This document shows, in pieces, positions 47,620-57,406 of a stretch of DNA of 64,000 bases (within the stretch, counting starts at the first letter, position 1; each line of letters begins with the position of its first letter). The stretch covers positions 15,319 to 79,318 of the forward strand of contig DUCU01000066.1 in the NCBI GenBank assembly GCA_012959605.1, written 5' to 3'. Below the pieces are notes generated by a model. It was not told where the DNA came from. It saw only the letters and a list, made by a program, of their open reading frames with translations, and made no database searches. Both the position numbers and the translations under genes were made by a program. Source of the DNA: Dehalococcoidia bacterium. Lineage in GTDB: Bacteria > Chloroflexota > Dehalococcoidia > Lucifugimonadales > UBA3495.

Positions 47620-48963
47620 TTAAGGACGCACAAATCCCAGATTATCGCGCAGGGTGCCTTCCGTGTATTCCTCTCGGAACAACCCGCGGAGTTGTAACTC
47701 TGGGACCACAAGATTGACGAAGTCTTCATAGGCGCCAGGCATGTGAGTGGCGGCAAGAACAAAGCCGTCACAGGCTTCGGCCTGGAACCAAGACTCCATC
47801 TGATCGACAACTTGGGCCGGGGTACCCGTGAACAACGGGAGTTCGCGGAGGGTGCCTCGGCCTGACCATTTTATGAAGTCATTCACGCTTGGGTTGGGCG
47901 TGCCACTCAGTTCAACCACCCGGTCCAAGAACCCTCTCAGGCCGGTCATAGACGCCAGAATTTCGTCGGACAGCGGCTCGTCTACCGGATGCTGCGAAAA
48001 ATCGTAATTGAATACCTCAGAGAGCAGGGTCAATGAGTCTGTCTGGTTGGCCAGGTTTTCAATGAACTTCAGTTTCTGTTGTGCTTTTTCTGGCGTTTCG
48101 TCCACCACAACATAGACTGCCGGGGCAACACGCACTGCGTTGGGGTCGCGACCTGCCAATGCAGTCCTACGGCGCAAGTCGTCTCGGTAGGTTTTGCAGG
48201 CTTCGGGCGTCGAGTAGATTACAAATAGCAATTCACCCCAACGGGCGGCAAACTGACGGCCCCGCTCCGACTGGCCTGCTTGGATCATTACTGGTTGTCC
48301 CTGGGGCGGCCTCGGCACCGTCAATGGCCCACGTACCTGGAACCATTCTCCATCATAGTCAACTCGGTGGACTTTCTCCGGGTCGGCAAAACGACCGGTC
48401 GGCTTGTCCAACACCACCGCCCCATCCTCCCATGAGTTCCACAGCTCGGCTGTCGCCTGCAAAAAATCATCCGCCACGTCATAGCGATCGTCGTGTTCTA
48501 AATGCTCTGCCACACCAAAATTCTGGGCTTCAGAGTCGTTCAGAGACGTCACCACGTTCCAGGCAGCGCGGCCTTTTGTGAAGTGGTCCAGCGAGGCAAA
48601 CAGCCGGGCCACATGATAAGGGGAGTAATAGGTGGTGGAATAGGTTGCACCCAGTCCCAAATGCTTGGTGGCCAGGCCCATGGCTGTGATAACTGGCACC
48701 AGGTCTAATTTGACCACCCGTATACCGTTTTCAACCGCGTCCGAAAAGGAATCACCAAAGCGGCTCGGCATGGCCAGACGATCATCGATGAAGGCCAAAT
48801 GAAATTTACCGCGTTCGAGAGTAGTGGCGATGTTCTGGTAAAATTCCAAATCCATGAACCCCGGGTCGGTCTCCGGGTGACGCCATGAGCCAGTGTAATT
48901 AGAGCAATTGGAGGCCTGCAAAAAAGCCACCATCATCATTTTCCGGTCCGGATTATCCGCCAT
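47620..48963 (-). CDS. LLM-class monooxygenase, NtaA/SnaA/DszA/SoxA subfamily
   Basis: 447 aa with MVAFLQASNCSNYTGSWRHP, HLAFIDD, GLGATYSTTY..PYHVAR.FASLDH...GRAAWNVVTS and DDRYD.ADDF. Confidence 0.8.
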   Translation of the reverse strand: MADNPDRKMMMVAFLQASNCSNYTGSWRHPETDPGFMDLEFYQNIATTLERGKFHLAFIDDRLAMPSRFGDSFSDAVENGIRVVKLDLVPVITAMGLATKHLGLGATYSTTYYSPYHVARLFASLDHFTKGRAAWNVVTSLNDSEAQNFGVAEHLEHDDRYDVADDFLQATAELWNSWEDGAVVLDKPTGRFADPEKVHRVDYDGEWFQVRGPLTVPRPPQGQPVMIQAGQSERGRQFAARWGELLFVIYSTPEACKTYRDDLRRRTALAGRDPNAVRVAPAVYVVVDETPEKAQQKLKFIENLANQTDSLTLLSEVFNYDFSQHPVDEPLSDEILASMTGLRGFLDRVVELSGTPNPSVNDFIKWSGRGTLRELPLFTGTPAQVVDQMESWFQAEACDGFVLAATHMPGAYEDFVNLVVPELQLRGLFREEYTEGTLRDNLGFVRP

Positions 48964-48999
48964 CTAATAAAACCCTCCCCAGGGTGGTCAAATAAGTGG

Positions 49000-50343
49000 T
49001 CAATTCTGGGTTTGTCCTTCGGAAAGGGTGCCAGAATTTAGCCCCGTATTCATCGACACGGGCCGTACTGGCGTCTTGGCCTTCAATACAATCATGCTGC
49101 AGGCTAGGGCAATACCGGCAAATAGCAAAAACACGAAGGTATAACTGCCCCGGCTGTCAAAGAGGATTCCGGCCAGCAACGGCCCGGTTGCTTGCCCCAA
49201 CAGCACGCCCGTCTCGCTGACGCCCCTGATTCGGCCCAAGGAGTTTCGACCATAATAATTAGCGTACATGATGGAAATTATGACGTTGGACCCAGACGAA
49301 ACGGAGCCTATCAGCGCTGCGGCGACCAGTGCGCCGGCAGTGCCGTCTACGGTGAGCAGATACATGGTGCTCACACCCAATATTACGAAGACCATAGAAT
49401 AGGCATGGCGTGCCTCGATCTTCTCCAACACCCAGCCCCAGCCAACACTGCCAAAAGCTGAAACCAACCAACTAAAGCTGATGGCCACTGCAGCTATGGT
49501 CAGGCTCAACCCTTGGTCACGGTAAAATGCTCCGATATGGACGTTGGTGCCTGTGTTCACACAGAACATGACCATTCCCATGAAGAATAATATCCAGAAC
49601 GCCTTGGTTCTCATGGCCTCGGTAAGGGTCCACGAATCGTTTTCAGCCAGGCTCATAGATATATTTGGTTGAGGGGTCGTCTCGTCACCCTCTGATGGCG
49701 ACTCGTTCGGGCGTTCGTAATCGGGCAGCAGTCCCATATCCTCCGGGCGTTCCACCACCAGCAACAGCGTTGGCGCCAAGGAGACCACAAAAACCACGAA
49801 CCCTATGCTCAGCCACGCAGTCTTCATGCTGAAATGTTCAATCATCTGTGCGGACAGCATCGTGAACACCAGGCCGCCGATAGCTCCGCAGAGGAATATC
49901 GCACCGATCGCCCTGCCTCTCTTCTTGATGAACCATCTGGCCGAGACTGTGCTGGCACCGATTGGTGCTGAGGTGTGGAATACTACTCGGGCAGCGGCGA
50001 ATGCAAGGTAGAAAGTTAGAGGTACGGTTGCCCAGGCCATTGACGTCATTGCCAACCCCAGAATCAACACGCTGATAACCAAAACAGGTCTTGCGCCAAA
50101 CCGATCTATGGCCCATCCCACAGCTGGGGATAAGACCAAAGCCGCCAGGGCCCCGGCGCTGACCGATCCACTAATCAGTGTGCGACTCCAACCAAACTGT
50201 TGCGACAAGGGCAAAATGAAGATTGTGAGTGTGGTGATGTTGGGCGCCATCCGCGCAAAGACGGCGGATCCGGACGCGGCAACGACTACCCATCCGTAAT
50301 AGAAGGGCAGTATCCGCTGGAGTTTTTTTGCTAGAAACAACAT
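49000..50343 (-). CDS. MFS transporter (tandem paralog 1)
   Basis: 447 aa. By eye it is roughly two-thirds identical to the next gene over the N-terminal half (FYYGW.VVAAS..VFARMAP.ITTLT...P.SQQFGWSRTLI.GSVSAGA). Confidence 0.8.
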   Translation of the reverse strand: MLFLAKKLQRILPFYYGWVVVAASGSAVFARMAPNITTLTIFILPLSQQFGWSRTLISGSVSAGALAALVLSPAVGWAIDRFGARPVLVISVLILGLAMTSMAWATVPLTFYLAFAAARVVFHTSAPIGASTVSARWFIKKRGRAIGAIFLCGAIGGLVFTMLSAQMIEHFSMKTAWLSIGFVVFVVSLAPTLLLVVERPEDMGLLPDYERPNESPSEGDETTPQPNISMSLAENDSWTLTEAMRTKAFWILFFMGMVMFCVNTGTNVHIGAFYRDQGLSLTIAAVAISFSWLVSAFGSVGWGWVLEKIEARHAYSMVFVILGVSTMYLLTVDGTAGALVAAALIGSVSSGSNVIISIMYANYYGRNSLGRIRGVSETGVLLGQATGPLLAGILFDSRGSYTFVFLLFAGIALACSMIVLKAKTPVRPVSMNTGLNSGTLSEGQTQN

Positions 50344-50405
50344 CCAGGGTTTTTTAGCAAATCCTCATATATTGGAATATACACGCCAAGTTTGTGCGAC
50401 AGTCA

Positions 50406-51737
50406 CTAATAACGTGCCTGTAAAACCGGCTTCTTGACTGGGACTGTGGCCTTCAGCGCCACCACGCTGCAAACGAGGGCCATCAGCACAAACACGGTGA
50501 AAATCGTACTGTAACCGCCCTGGAGTTCGAAAAGAATCCCGGCTATGACCGGTCCTGTAGCCTGGCCGAGCAGCACCCCAACCTCGCCCACGCCGCGAAT
50601 CCGACCCAGCGATGTCCGACCAAAATAATTGGCGTACATCACTGACGGCACCACATTCGAGCCCGATGAGATGACGCCGAACAGGGCCGCGGCAAGAAAA
50701 ACTCCGACTGTGCCACTCACCAATATCAGGTATAAAGTGCTGCCGGCCTGGACCAGAAACATTCCGGAATAGGCGTATCTAGTGGGCAGTCGGTCGGTAA
50801 TCCAACCCCACGCCATGCTGCCAACGGCCGAGACGGTCCAACTCACACTCACTGCCAACGCCGCGGCGGTTGGCCCCAAACCAACATCGCGGAAGTACGC
50901 TCCCATATGGACGCCAATGCTGGTGTGAACGAAATAAGTGGTGAACCCCATAGTCACCATAATCCAAAATGTCCTTGTGTGGATTGCTTCGCCAATGGTC
51001 CAAGAGTCGTCATTAGGTTGGCGAATCGAGGACGATGCAGTGACGGTAATTGTTGGGCTGAGCGCTTGGTCTGTTTCTTCTGAATCTTTTGGTTTTCTCA
51101 GTGGTTCAGGCTCGCCATCAGGTCGCAAACCGATATCTTCAGGTCTTTCAGCTAGTAAAAACAGGGACGGAGCCACTGAAATTACAAGCACAATCACCCC
51201 AATTGTGATCCAGGTTGCCTTCAGTCCGTAGCTCTCCACCACCAACGCCGCCACCATTGTGAAGATGATGCCGCCGATCGCGCCAACCAGAAAAATCAAC
51301 CCGATGGCACGGCCTCTTTTTTTTATGAACCAACGCGACGCCACGGTACTTGAGCCGATGGGCGCTGAGGTGTGGAATACGATCCGGCCCACTGCGAATG
51401 CAATATAAAAGGTGACGGGAACGGTAGCCCAGGCCAATGAGATCATGGCCACACCCAAACACAAAACGCTGACCACCATGACCGGTCGCGCGCCGAATCG
51501 ATCGATTGCCCAACCGATCACGGGCGAAAAAACCAGCGACGCAATGGCACCGGCGCTGACTGAGCCGGCGATCAGTGTCCTGCTCCAGCCAAACTGTTGC
51601 GAAATTGGAAAAATCAGCACAGTGAGTGTGGTGATAGCGGGCGCCATCCTGGCAAACACGACAGTACTGGATGCGGCCACTACAATCCAACCATAGTAAA
51701 AGGGGAATTTATACCTGAGACGGGACGCGAGAAGCAT
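50406..51737 (-). CDS. MFS transporter (tandem paralog 2)
   Basis: 443 aa, colinear with 49000..50343. Both have a hydrophilic central loop (ERPEDxGLxPD). Confidence 0.8.
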   Translation of the reverse strand: MLLASRLRYKFPFYYGWIVVAASSTVVFARMAPAITTLTVLIFPISQQFGWSRTLIAGSVSAGAIASLVFSPVIGWAIDRFGARPVMVVSVLCLGVAMISLAWATVPVTFYIAFAVGRIVFHTSAPIGSSTVASRWFIKKRGRAIGLIFLVGAIGGIIFTMVAALVVESYGLKATWITIGVIVLVISVAPSLFLLAERPEDIGLRPDGEPEPLRKPKDSEETDQALSPTITVTASSSIRQPNDDSWTIGEAIHTRTFWIMVTMGFTTYFVHTSIGVHMGAYFRDVGLGPTAAALAVSVSWTVSAVGSMAWGWITDRLPTRYAYSGMFLVQAGSTLYLILVSGTVGVFLAAALFGVISSGSNVVPSVMYANYFGRTSLGRIRGVGEVGVLLGQATGPVIAGILFELQGGYSTIFTVFVLMALVCSVVALKATVPVKKPVLQARY

Positions 51738-51966
51738 TTAAACAGCCTTGCCGCCCAAGGGTATAGCAATCAATAGGACGGTGGTGAAAATTAACGTGGG
51801 ATGTCGTAGGAGAAGCCGAAATGCTGAACTACCTGGTCATTTGACTGTTGACTGTCTGGCTTGTCAGCGTGTCCGGAGCAAGCAAACCAATCATACACAT
51901 TCCGATTGCACAGTTTCCTTACGGGTAGTGGCCGCTCAACACGATTTCGGAAATTCCAACATAACA

Positions 51967-51996
51967 TTGACTGGGCGATTATATGGTTAATATAAT
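51967..51996 (+). promoter_or_regulatory. near-consensus sigma70-type promoter TTGACT-18-TATAAT
   Basis: TTGACT lies at 51967..51972 and TATAAT at 51991..51996, about 95 nt upstream of the comD-like start. Confidence 0.5.
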
Positions 51997-52092
51997 TAGG
52001 CGCCCCAAAACAGCGAAGTAAGCCCCGTACCTGATGGCTGCATACGCCACGGCGGGACTAGTAAACAACAAAACAACAAAGGAGGAGCAGCC

Positions 52093-52614
52093 ATGGTCCA
52101 ACAACAAGCGGCATTACTGAAACCGGAGTCACTGGTGGCCGAGTTCAAGAAGAACAACGTCACCCATATTGTGACTATCCCAGATAGTGAGACTAACTAC
52201 CTGTACGAATTGATGAAAGAGCAGGACTGGTTGGAAGTTGTCCCCACTTCTCGTGAGGGAGAGACCTTCGCCATCGCCCTCGGCTTGATCGTTGGCGGCA
52301 AGGTCCCCGTCTGCGTGATTCAGAACACCGGCATGATGGAATCCGGAGACTCCATCCGTGGAATGTCTTTAGACGCGAATTTCCCCTTAGTCATGCTGAT
52401 TGGCTACCGAGGCTGGACTCGCCACGGAGTAATCACCGATTCAGCAGCCAAGTACACCGAGACTTTCCTGCATGCTATGGGTATTAACTACTACCTGCTG
52501 GAAGGCGATGACGACGCTTCACGGATCTCCGTGGCGTTCGAAGAAGCTCGTAAGAACAGCTGCCCCGTTGCTGTATTGGTCGGCGACGAGTACCACGGCT
52601 TCAATCGAATGTAA
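52093..52614 (+). CDS. comD: sulfopyruvate decarboxylase alpha-like subunit (TPP enzyme N-terminal/pyrimidine-binding domain)
   Basis: 173 aa with THIVTIPDSETNYLYE..VPTSREGETFAIALG..VIQNTGMMESGD. A strong AAAGGAGGAG RBS precedes it. The split alpha/beta layout is as in ComDE. Confidence 0.6.
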   Translation: MVQQQAALLKPESLVAEFKKNNVTHIVTIPDSETNYLYELMKEQDWLEVVPTSREGETFAIALGLIVGGKVPVCVIQNTGMMESGDSIRGMSLDANFPLVMLIGYRGWTRHGVITDSAAKYTETFLHAMGINYYLLEGDDDASRISVAFEEARKNSCPVAVLVGDEYHGFNRM

Positions 52615-52729
52615 TCAGGGCCTGATTTTCGGGTCTGAATTAGAGAATCGGGCAGGCCTTGGCGCCAACTAAATCTTCGCGCCGACTAGCCGACAAAATG
52701 AAAAAGATAAACGCTAACAGTTAAGCGTA

Positions 52730-53332
52730 ATGGAGAATCAAATGTTCGACTCAGCAGATATGTTCCGAGCCTTTCAACCTCATCGTGACAAGGCCATCGT
52801 CCTAGTGACTGGTACTTGTGGCCGCGACTGGAGAGCCATCTCAGAAGACGAGAAACGTGACCTAAGCCTACAAGGGGCCATGGGTCAGACCAACGCGGCA
52901 GCCTTGGGTTTTGCCCTCGCTCAACCCAATGAAAAAGTTGTGCTTTTTGATTCTGAAGGATCCCTTCAGATGAACATGGGCATCCTCGGCACCATCGCCG
53001 GAATGAAGCCTGAGAATTTTGTCCACTTCCTGATGGACAACGAAGTTTACGCCACCACCGGCGGACAGCCGACACCCAACGCTGGCAACATAAACTTTGC
53101 AGGAATGGCCCGAGAAGCCGGTTATGCCTCAACTTTTTCCTTCGACAACCTAGAGGAATTCGCCGACAGCATCGAAAAGGTCATGCAGGCGGAAGGGCCG
53201 GTCTTCGTTGCCATGAAGATGACCCCCAAAGTCGAAAACGAGCCCATCGGTCGTCGGGTGCGCAGCCCACAACGAGGTCGTGCCGAAACCATCAAGGTGA
53301 TGCAGGAAGAACTCAGGATTTCTATCGCTTAA
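52730..53332 (+). CDS. comE: sulfopyruvate decarboxylase beta-like subunit (TPP-diphosphate-binding domain)
   Basis: 200 aa. GAMGQTNAAALGFALAQP.EKVVLFDSEGSLQMNMGILGTIA...N..HFLMDNEVYATTGGQPT is the GDG-x24-NN-type TPP motif variant. Confidence 0.6.
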   Translation: MENQMFDSADMFRAFQPHRDKAIVLVTGTCGRDWRAISEDEKRDLSLQGAMGQTNAAALGFALAQPNEKVVLFDSEGSLQMNMGILGTIAGMKPENFVHFLMDNEVYATTGGQPTPNAGNINFAGMAREAGYASTFSFDNLEEFADSIEKVMQAEGPVFVAMKMTPKVENEPIGRRVRSPQRGRAETIKVMQEELRISIA

Positions 53333-53423
53333 CTTAAAATATTTACGGAACAAATCCTGTGATCAGAGCCTCTGGCCGACGCAGGTTACTATTGGTTCAG
53401 TAAATACAGCCCCGCCAATTTTA

Positions 53424-53452
53424 TTGACGATTGGCGAGGCTAGTAATACAAT
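53424..53452 (+). promoter_or_regulatory. sigma70-type promoter candidate TTGACG-17-TACAAT
   Basis: TTGACG lies at 53424..53429 and TACAAT at 53447..53452, about 170 nt upstream of the DUF1800 gene. Confidence 0.45.
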
Positions 53453-53623
53453 GCGCTGGTGGTTTAGACGTGTAATGATTCCGGTTATCCAGATGTTTAC
53501 GAAATCTGATTTACTGCTTCGAATCATGCTCATTTTGAACCCATTTTGCTCTGAATTCGGAGTCCCTCCCCCTGAGTATTACCCAGATGGATACAAATAA
53601 ATTGCTGAGTTGAGAGGAAACAA

Positions 53624-55030
53624 TTGTCTGAACAAGATATTTCACAAATCGCCCATCTAATGCGCCGCGCCGGTTTTGGTGCCCCGCTGGAAGAACTACA
53701 GGCAAGGGCCGCTAAAGGGTACGACGCAACTGTTGATGAACTGCTAGACCCAGAGTCCCAGCCTCCCATGGAGCGCGATATGATGATGCGCTACAAGGTG
53801 GACTGGTTCTCTCAGGCCGGTCTGGAAGGTCAACAGGAAGAATGGACTTTCCGCATGATCAACTCCAAGCGCCCCCTTCAAGAGAAGATTGCCCTCTTCT
53901 GGCACTGCGTTTTGGTCACTGGTCACGCCAAATGTGAGTACCCCAAGCAGCAGGCCATGGAATTGGACATGTTCCGGACCGTGGGCATGGGCAGTTTCCA
54001 CGAGCTACTCAAGGGTTTGTCCAAGGACCCCGCTATGGTCTTCTATCTAGACAACTGCATGAGCCATAAGGGCGCCATCAACGAGAACTGGGGCCGGGAA
54101 CTCTTGGAACTGTTCTCCTTGGGCGTAGGCATGGACGGTGATTTCAACTACAGCGAAGATGACGTCAAGGAAGCGGCCCGAGCCTTCACTGGATGGACCG
54201 TGACCAACTCAGTCCCTCGCTATCCCTACGGAAAATACGACGCCAAGTTCATGTTTGACCCCCGTGACCACGACGCAGAAGAGAAGACATTCTTGGGCGA
54301 GACCGGGAATTTCAACGGCGAAGACATCGTAGACATCATCGTGAAACAGCCGGCCACCGCCCGGTTCGTGGCGCGCCACCTCTACAACTTCTTCGTTGCA
54401 GACGATGTACAGGTTCCCGCCTGGAAGGACACTCCTCCCCAGGATATTGAAGCCATCAAGATGTTAGAAGAAGAATACTTCCGCTCCAACTACAACATCA
54501 CCGCCATGCTGCAAGTGTTGTTCAAGTCGGACTTCTTCAAGAACTCCACTTTCTCCAAGGTTAAGAGCCCGGCGGAGACTGTGATTGGAACCCTCAAGCT
54601 GGTGGGAGACTTCAAGTTCCCTCGGCCAGGCCTTGATCTCATGACCATGAACATCCGGTACATGGGCCAAGATTTGCTAAACCCACCCACAGTTGAAGGT
54701 TGGCATACAGGCCGTGAGTGGATCGACTCGGGTACCCTTGTGGAGCGCATCAACTTCACCGCCGACCAGGTTGGTAACATCAACCACTCCGGTGTGAAAA
54801 ACATCATCAACCGCTTGAGCAGTGTCGGCCCAGTGCTGACTGCGGAACAGTTAGTTGAAGGTTGTCTTGAGAACCTCGGAGCCTACCAACTGGCAGACGA
54901 GACTCGAAAACAATTACTGGAAATGGCTGAAAGCGACGGAGAGATCCGTACTGACTCAGAGGGATTCCCCCTCCAGGTTGGAACCATGCTCCAGTCCATA
55001 GTGGCCACCACCGAATACCTATTCGCCTAG
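53624..55030 (+). CDS. DUF1800 family protein
   Basis: 468 aa with a TTG start. HLMRRAGFGAP..EL......G....VDELL, FWH..L.. and ELFSLGVG match the recalled DUF1800 pattern. No signal peptide is present. Confidence 0.7.
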   Translation: MSEQDISQIAHLMRRAGFGAPLEELQARAAKGYDATVDELLDPESQPPMERDMMMRYKVDWFSQAGLEGQQEEWTFRMINSKRPLQEKIALFWHCVLVTGHAKCEYPKQQAMELDMFRTVGMGSFHELLKGLSKDPAMVFYLDNCMSHKGAINENWGRELLELFSLGVGMDGDFNYSEDDVKEAARAFTGWTVTNSVPRYPYGKYDAKFMFDPRDHDAEEKTFLGETGNFNGEDIVDIIVKQPATARFVARHLYNFFVADDVQVPAWKDTPPQDIEAIKMLEEEYFRSNYNITAMLQVLFKSDFFKNSTFSKVKSPAETVIGTLKLVGDFKFPRPGLDLMTMNIRYMGQDLLNPPTVEGWHTGREWIDSGTLVERINFTADQVGNINHSGVKNIINRLSSVGPVLTAEQLVEGCLENLGAYQLADETRKQLLEMAESDGEIRTDSEGFPLQVGTMLQSIVATTEYLFA

Positions 55031-55152
55031 GCCATTCCATAGGCGGATAGGAAATTTTGAATTGACGCTGCCCAGGTCTCAACTCAAACGGCCGGGCAGC
55101 TTCGGATCCAAATCAAAACGATTGATCCGACAAGAATATTGGAGATTAAAGA

Positions 55153-56286
55153 ATGACTTCTACTAAGAAAGACCCAGTATTAGTGGTCCTTCAATTAGCT
55201 GGCGGGAATGACGCGCTAAACACCGTGATTCCTTACGGCAACCCCAAGTATAAAGACAACCGCCCCAACGTCTTTATCCCTGAGGATCAGGTTCTGCCAA
55301 TTAACGATCAGATTGGTTTCAACCCAAACATGGGTGCCATGAAAAAAATCTATGACGAAGGTCATATGGCGGTTATTCAGGGAGTTGGCTATCCTACTGC
55401 TAGCCGGTCACACTTCCGCTCAATGGACATATGGCACACCTGTGAGCCCATCAAGATTGGTGACGAAGGCTGGCTGGGCCGGGTTGTCCGTGACCTCGAC
55501 CCCCAAGCCGAAAACGTTCTAACCGCGGTGAACTTTGGACGCGGCCTGCCCCGAGCCCTTGCGGCACCGGGAGTGGCGGCGGCGTCTGTGGGTAACCTGG
55601 AAACCTACGGAGTTCTAACGGGAATAGATGACACAGACCAGCGCCTGAAGGCCCTTGATGTCTTCACCAAGGTTTATTCCCCTATGATTGGGACCGGCCC
55701 AGTGATGGATTACCTTGCCCATACAGGATTGGACGCCCTGAAAGGCGCCGACATCCTGAGCAGTGCGCCTGGGATGTATTCCTCGACCGTGGAATACGGA
55801 TCAGACACTGTCAGCCAGTACATGCGCAACATTGTGCAGACCCATCTGGCTGGGTTCGGCACAAGGGTTCTGTACACAACGGCCCCGTTCAACAGCTTTG
55901 ACACCCACGCCGGTGAGTTGGCCGCCCATACCAGGCTTTGGAGTGAGACCAGCCGTGCCGTTGGCGACTTCTATGACGACCTGAAAGAGCACAACGCGGG
56001 AGAAAATGTAATACTCATGGTCTTCTCCGAGTTTGGCCGACGAGTCAAGGACAATGGCTCCGGCACCGACCACGGCGCAGGCGGACACTGCTTCATAATT
56101 GGAGATCAGGTCAAAGGCGGACTCTATGGTGAGTATCCTTCTTTGGACGCCGACAAGCTAGACGACGGGGATTTACAGCACAATACCGATTTCCGGGGTG
56201 TGTATTCCACCATCCTAGAGAAGTGGATGGGCCTGGACGCTAAACCCATTGTTGGCGGCGAATTTGAACAATTGGCCTTCATCTAA
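55153..56286 (+). CDS. DUF1501 family protein (sulfatase/alkaline-phosphatase-like fold), leaderless
   Basis: 377 aa with VLVVLQLAGGNDALNTVIPYG...Y...RP, VGYP..SRSHFRSMDIWHT, FDTH and SEFGRR...NGSGTDHG. It starts directly at the conserved core with no twin-arginine leader. Confidence 0.7.
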   Translation: MTSTKKDPVLVVLQLAGGNDALNTVIPYGNPKYKDNRPNVFIPEDQVLPINDQIGFNPNMGAMKKIYDEGHMAVIQGVGYPTASRSHFRSMDIWHTCEPIKIGDEGWLGRVVRDLDPQAENVLTAVNFGRGLPRALAAPGVAAASVGNLETYGVLTGIDDTDQRLKALDVFTKVYSPMIGTGPVMDYLAHTGLDALKGADILSSAPGMYSSTVEYGSDTVSQYMRNIVQTHLAGFGTRVLYTTAPFNSFDTHAGELAAHTRLWSETSRAVGDFYDDLKEHNAGENVILMVFSEFGRRVKDNGSGTDHGAGGHCFIIGDQVKGGLYGEYPSLDADKLDDGDLQHNTDFRGVYSTILEKWMGLDAKPIVGGEFEQLAFI

Positions 56287-56331
56287 ATCTGGCCTGTCAA
56301 ACTCAGCAAAATCTAACTCTGTGAGGAACAA

Positions 56332-57360
56332 ATGACAACAGAGATTTCACATATAAGCGTGCAATACTCTAAGACCATCGGTCGTGGTGAGCAATTTGGC
56401 CCCGGTTTCACCTATCCGATAAACGTCGCTCGTGGTAAAGAAGGCATCATGTATGTCCTATGCCGGGGCACGGAATTCCGCCCAGAAGGCGTCCGTGTCG
56501 TTGTTTGCACTACCGACGAGGAATACATCTCCGTATTCGCCAGGGGTATCGATTACCAGGGTCCCCACGCACACAATATGGATGATGGGGCTCTAGTCTG
56601 GCCGACCAGCATCGCACTTGATAGTCAGGAGAATCTCTTCATCAGCGATGAGTGGCTGAATCGAATCTCCTCGTTCTCCAAGGACGGCGACTTCCTGGGC
56701 AAATGGGAAGAGCGTACTGGTTCTGGAGACGGTGAACTGGATCGTCCTTCGGGCATGGCCTTTGACGCCGACGACAACTTGTACATTGTGGACAGCGGTA
56801 ACCACCGCGTCCAAAAGTTCAACAAAGATGGCAAATACCTTGCCCAATTCGGGACGTATGGCAGCGGCGACGGTCAGTTTGACATGCCTTGGGGAATAAC
56901 CATAGACGAGGCTGGAGACATCTACATCGCCGACTGGCGAAACGACCGAATCCAAAAGTTCAAGCCCGACGGCAAGTTCCTGATGAAATTTGGGAACTCC
57001 GGGTCAGGGGAGGGCGAATTCGACCGTCCTACGGGTGTAGCGGTTGACCAAGACGGCGTAATCTACGTATCCGATTGGCTCAACAACCGCCTGCAGATTT
57101 TTGACGAGACCGGCAAGTTCATCGACCTGAAGACTGGTGAAGCTGGACTCTCAAAGTGGGGCAAGGCCAAACTGGACGCCAACCCAGAGATGTATGGCGA
57201 ACGGGACCGAGCCCAAGGTTTGGAACGCGAGAAAGATTTTTGGGGACCCACCGGCGTGACAGTTGACGACGAAGGAAACATATTTGTTCCTGAGTCGGCT
57301 CGGAACCGCATCCAGGTCTACAAGAGTCAATCACCCACGTTCGCTGGTCCTCGCCTCTAA
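56332..57360 (+). CDS. NHL-repeat six-bladed beta-propeller protein
   Basis: 342 aa with repeated G.G.GQF..P.G(I/V)A.D..G.IY(I/V)(A/S)D..N.R(I/V)Q.F blades. No signal peptide is present. Confidence 0.8.
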   Translation: MTTEISHISVQYSKTIGRGEQFGPGFTYPINVARGKEGIMYVLCRGTEFRPEGVRVVVCTTDEEYISVFARGIDYQGPHAHNMDDGALVWPTSIALDSQENLFISDEWLNRISSFSKDGDFLGKWEERTGSGDGELDRPSGMAFDADDNLYIVDSGNHRVQKFNKDGKYLAQFGTYGSGDGQFDMPWGITIDEAGDIYIADWRNDRIQKFKPDGKFLMKFGNSGSGEGEFDRPTGVAVDQDGVIYVSDWLNNRLQIFDETGKFIDLKTGEAGLSKWGKAKLDANPEMYGERDRAQGLEREKDFWGPTGVTVDDEGNIFVPESARNRIQVYKSQSPTFAGPRL

Positions 57361-57406
57361 GCGGAACCGACGAGACAGGTCTGACACAGTCCCTAACTGG
57401 CAAAAC

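Noticed and set aside
51748-51990. 80-aa ORF in the MFS/comD intergenic region
   Set aside because: It overlaps the near-consensus promoter, it is Arg/Cys-rich, and it has no RBS.
52022-52058. thi-box-like segment ACCTGATGGCTGCATACGCCACGG in the comD leader (possible TPP riboswitch upstream of a TPP enzyme)
   Set aside because: Only the ACCUGAU-hairpin half shows any resemblance. The obligatory CUGAGA pyrimidine-sensor element and the P2/P3 helices are absent.
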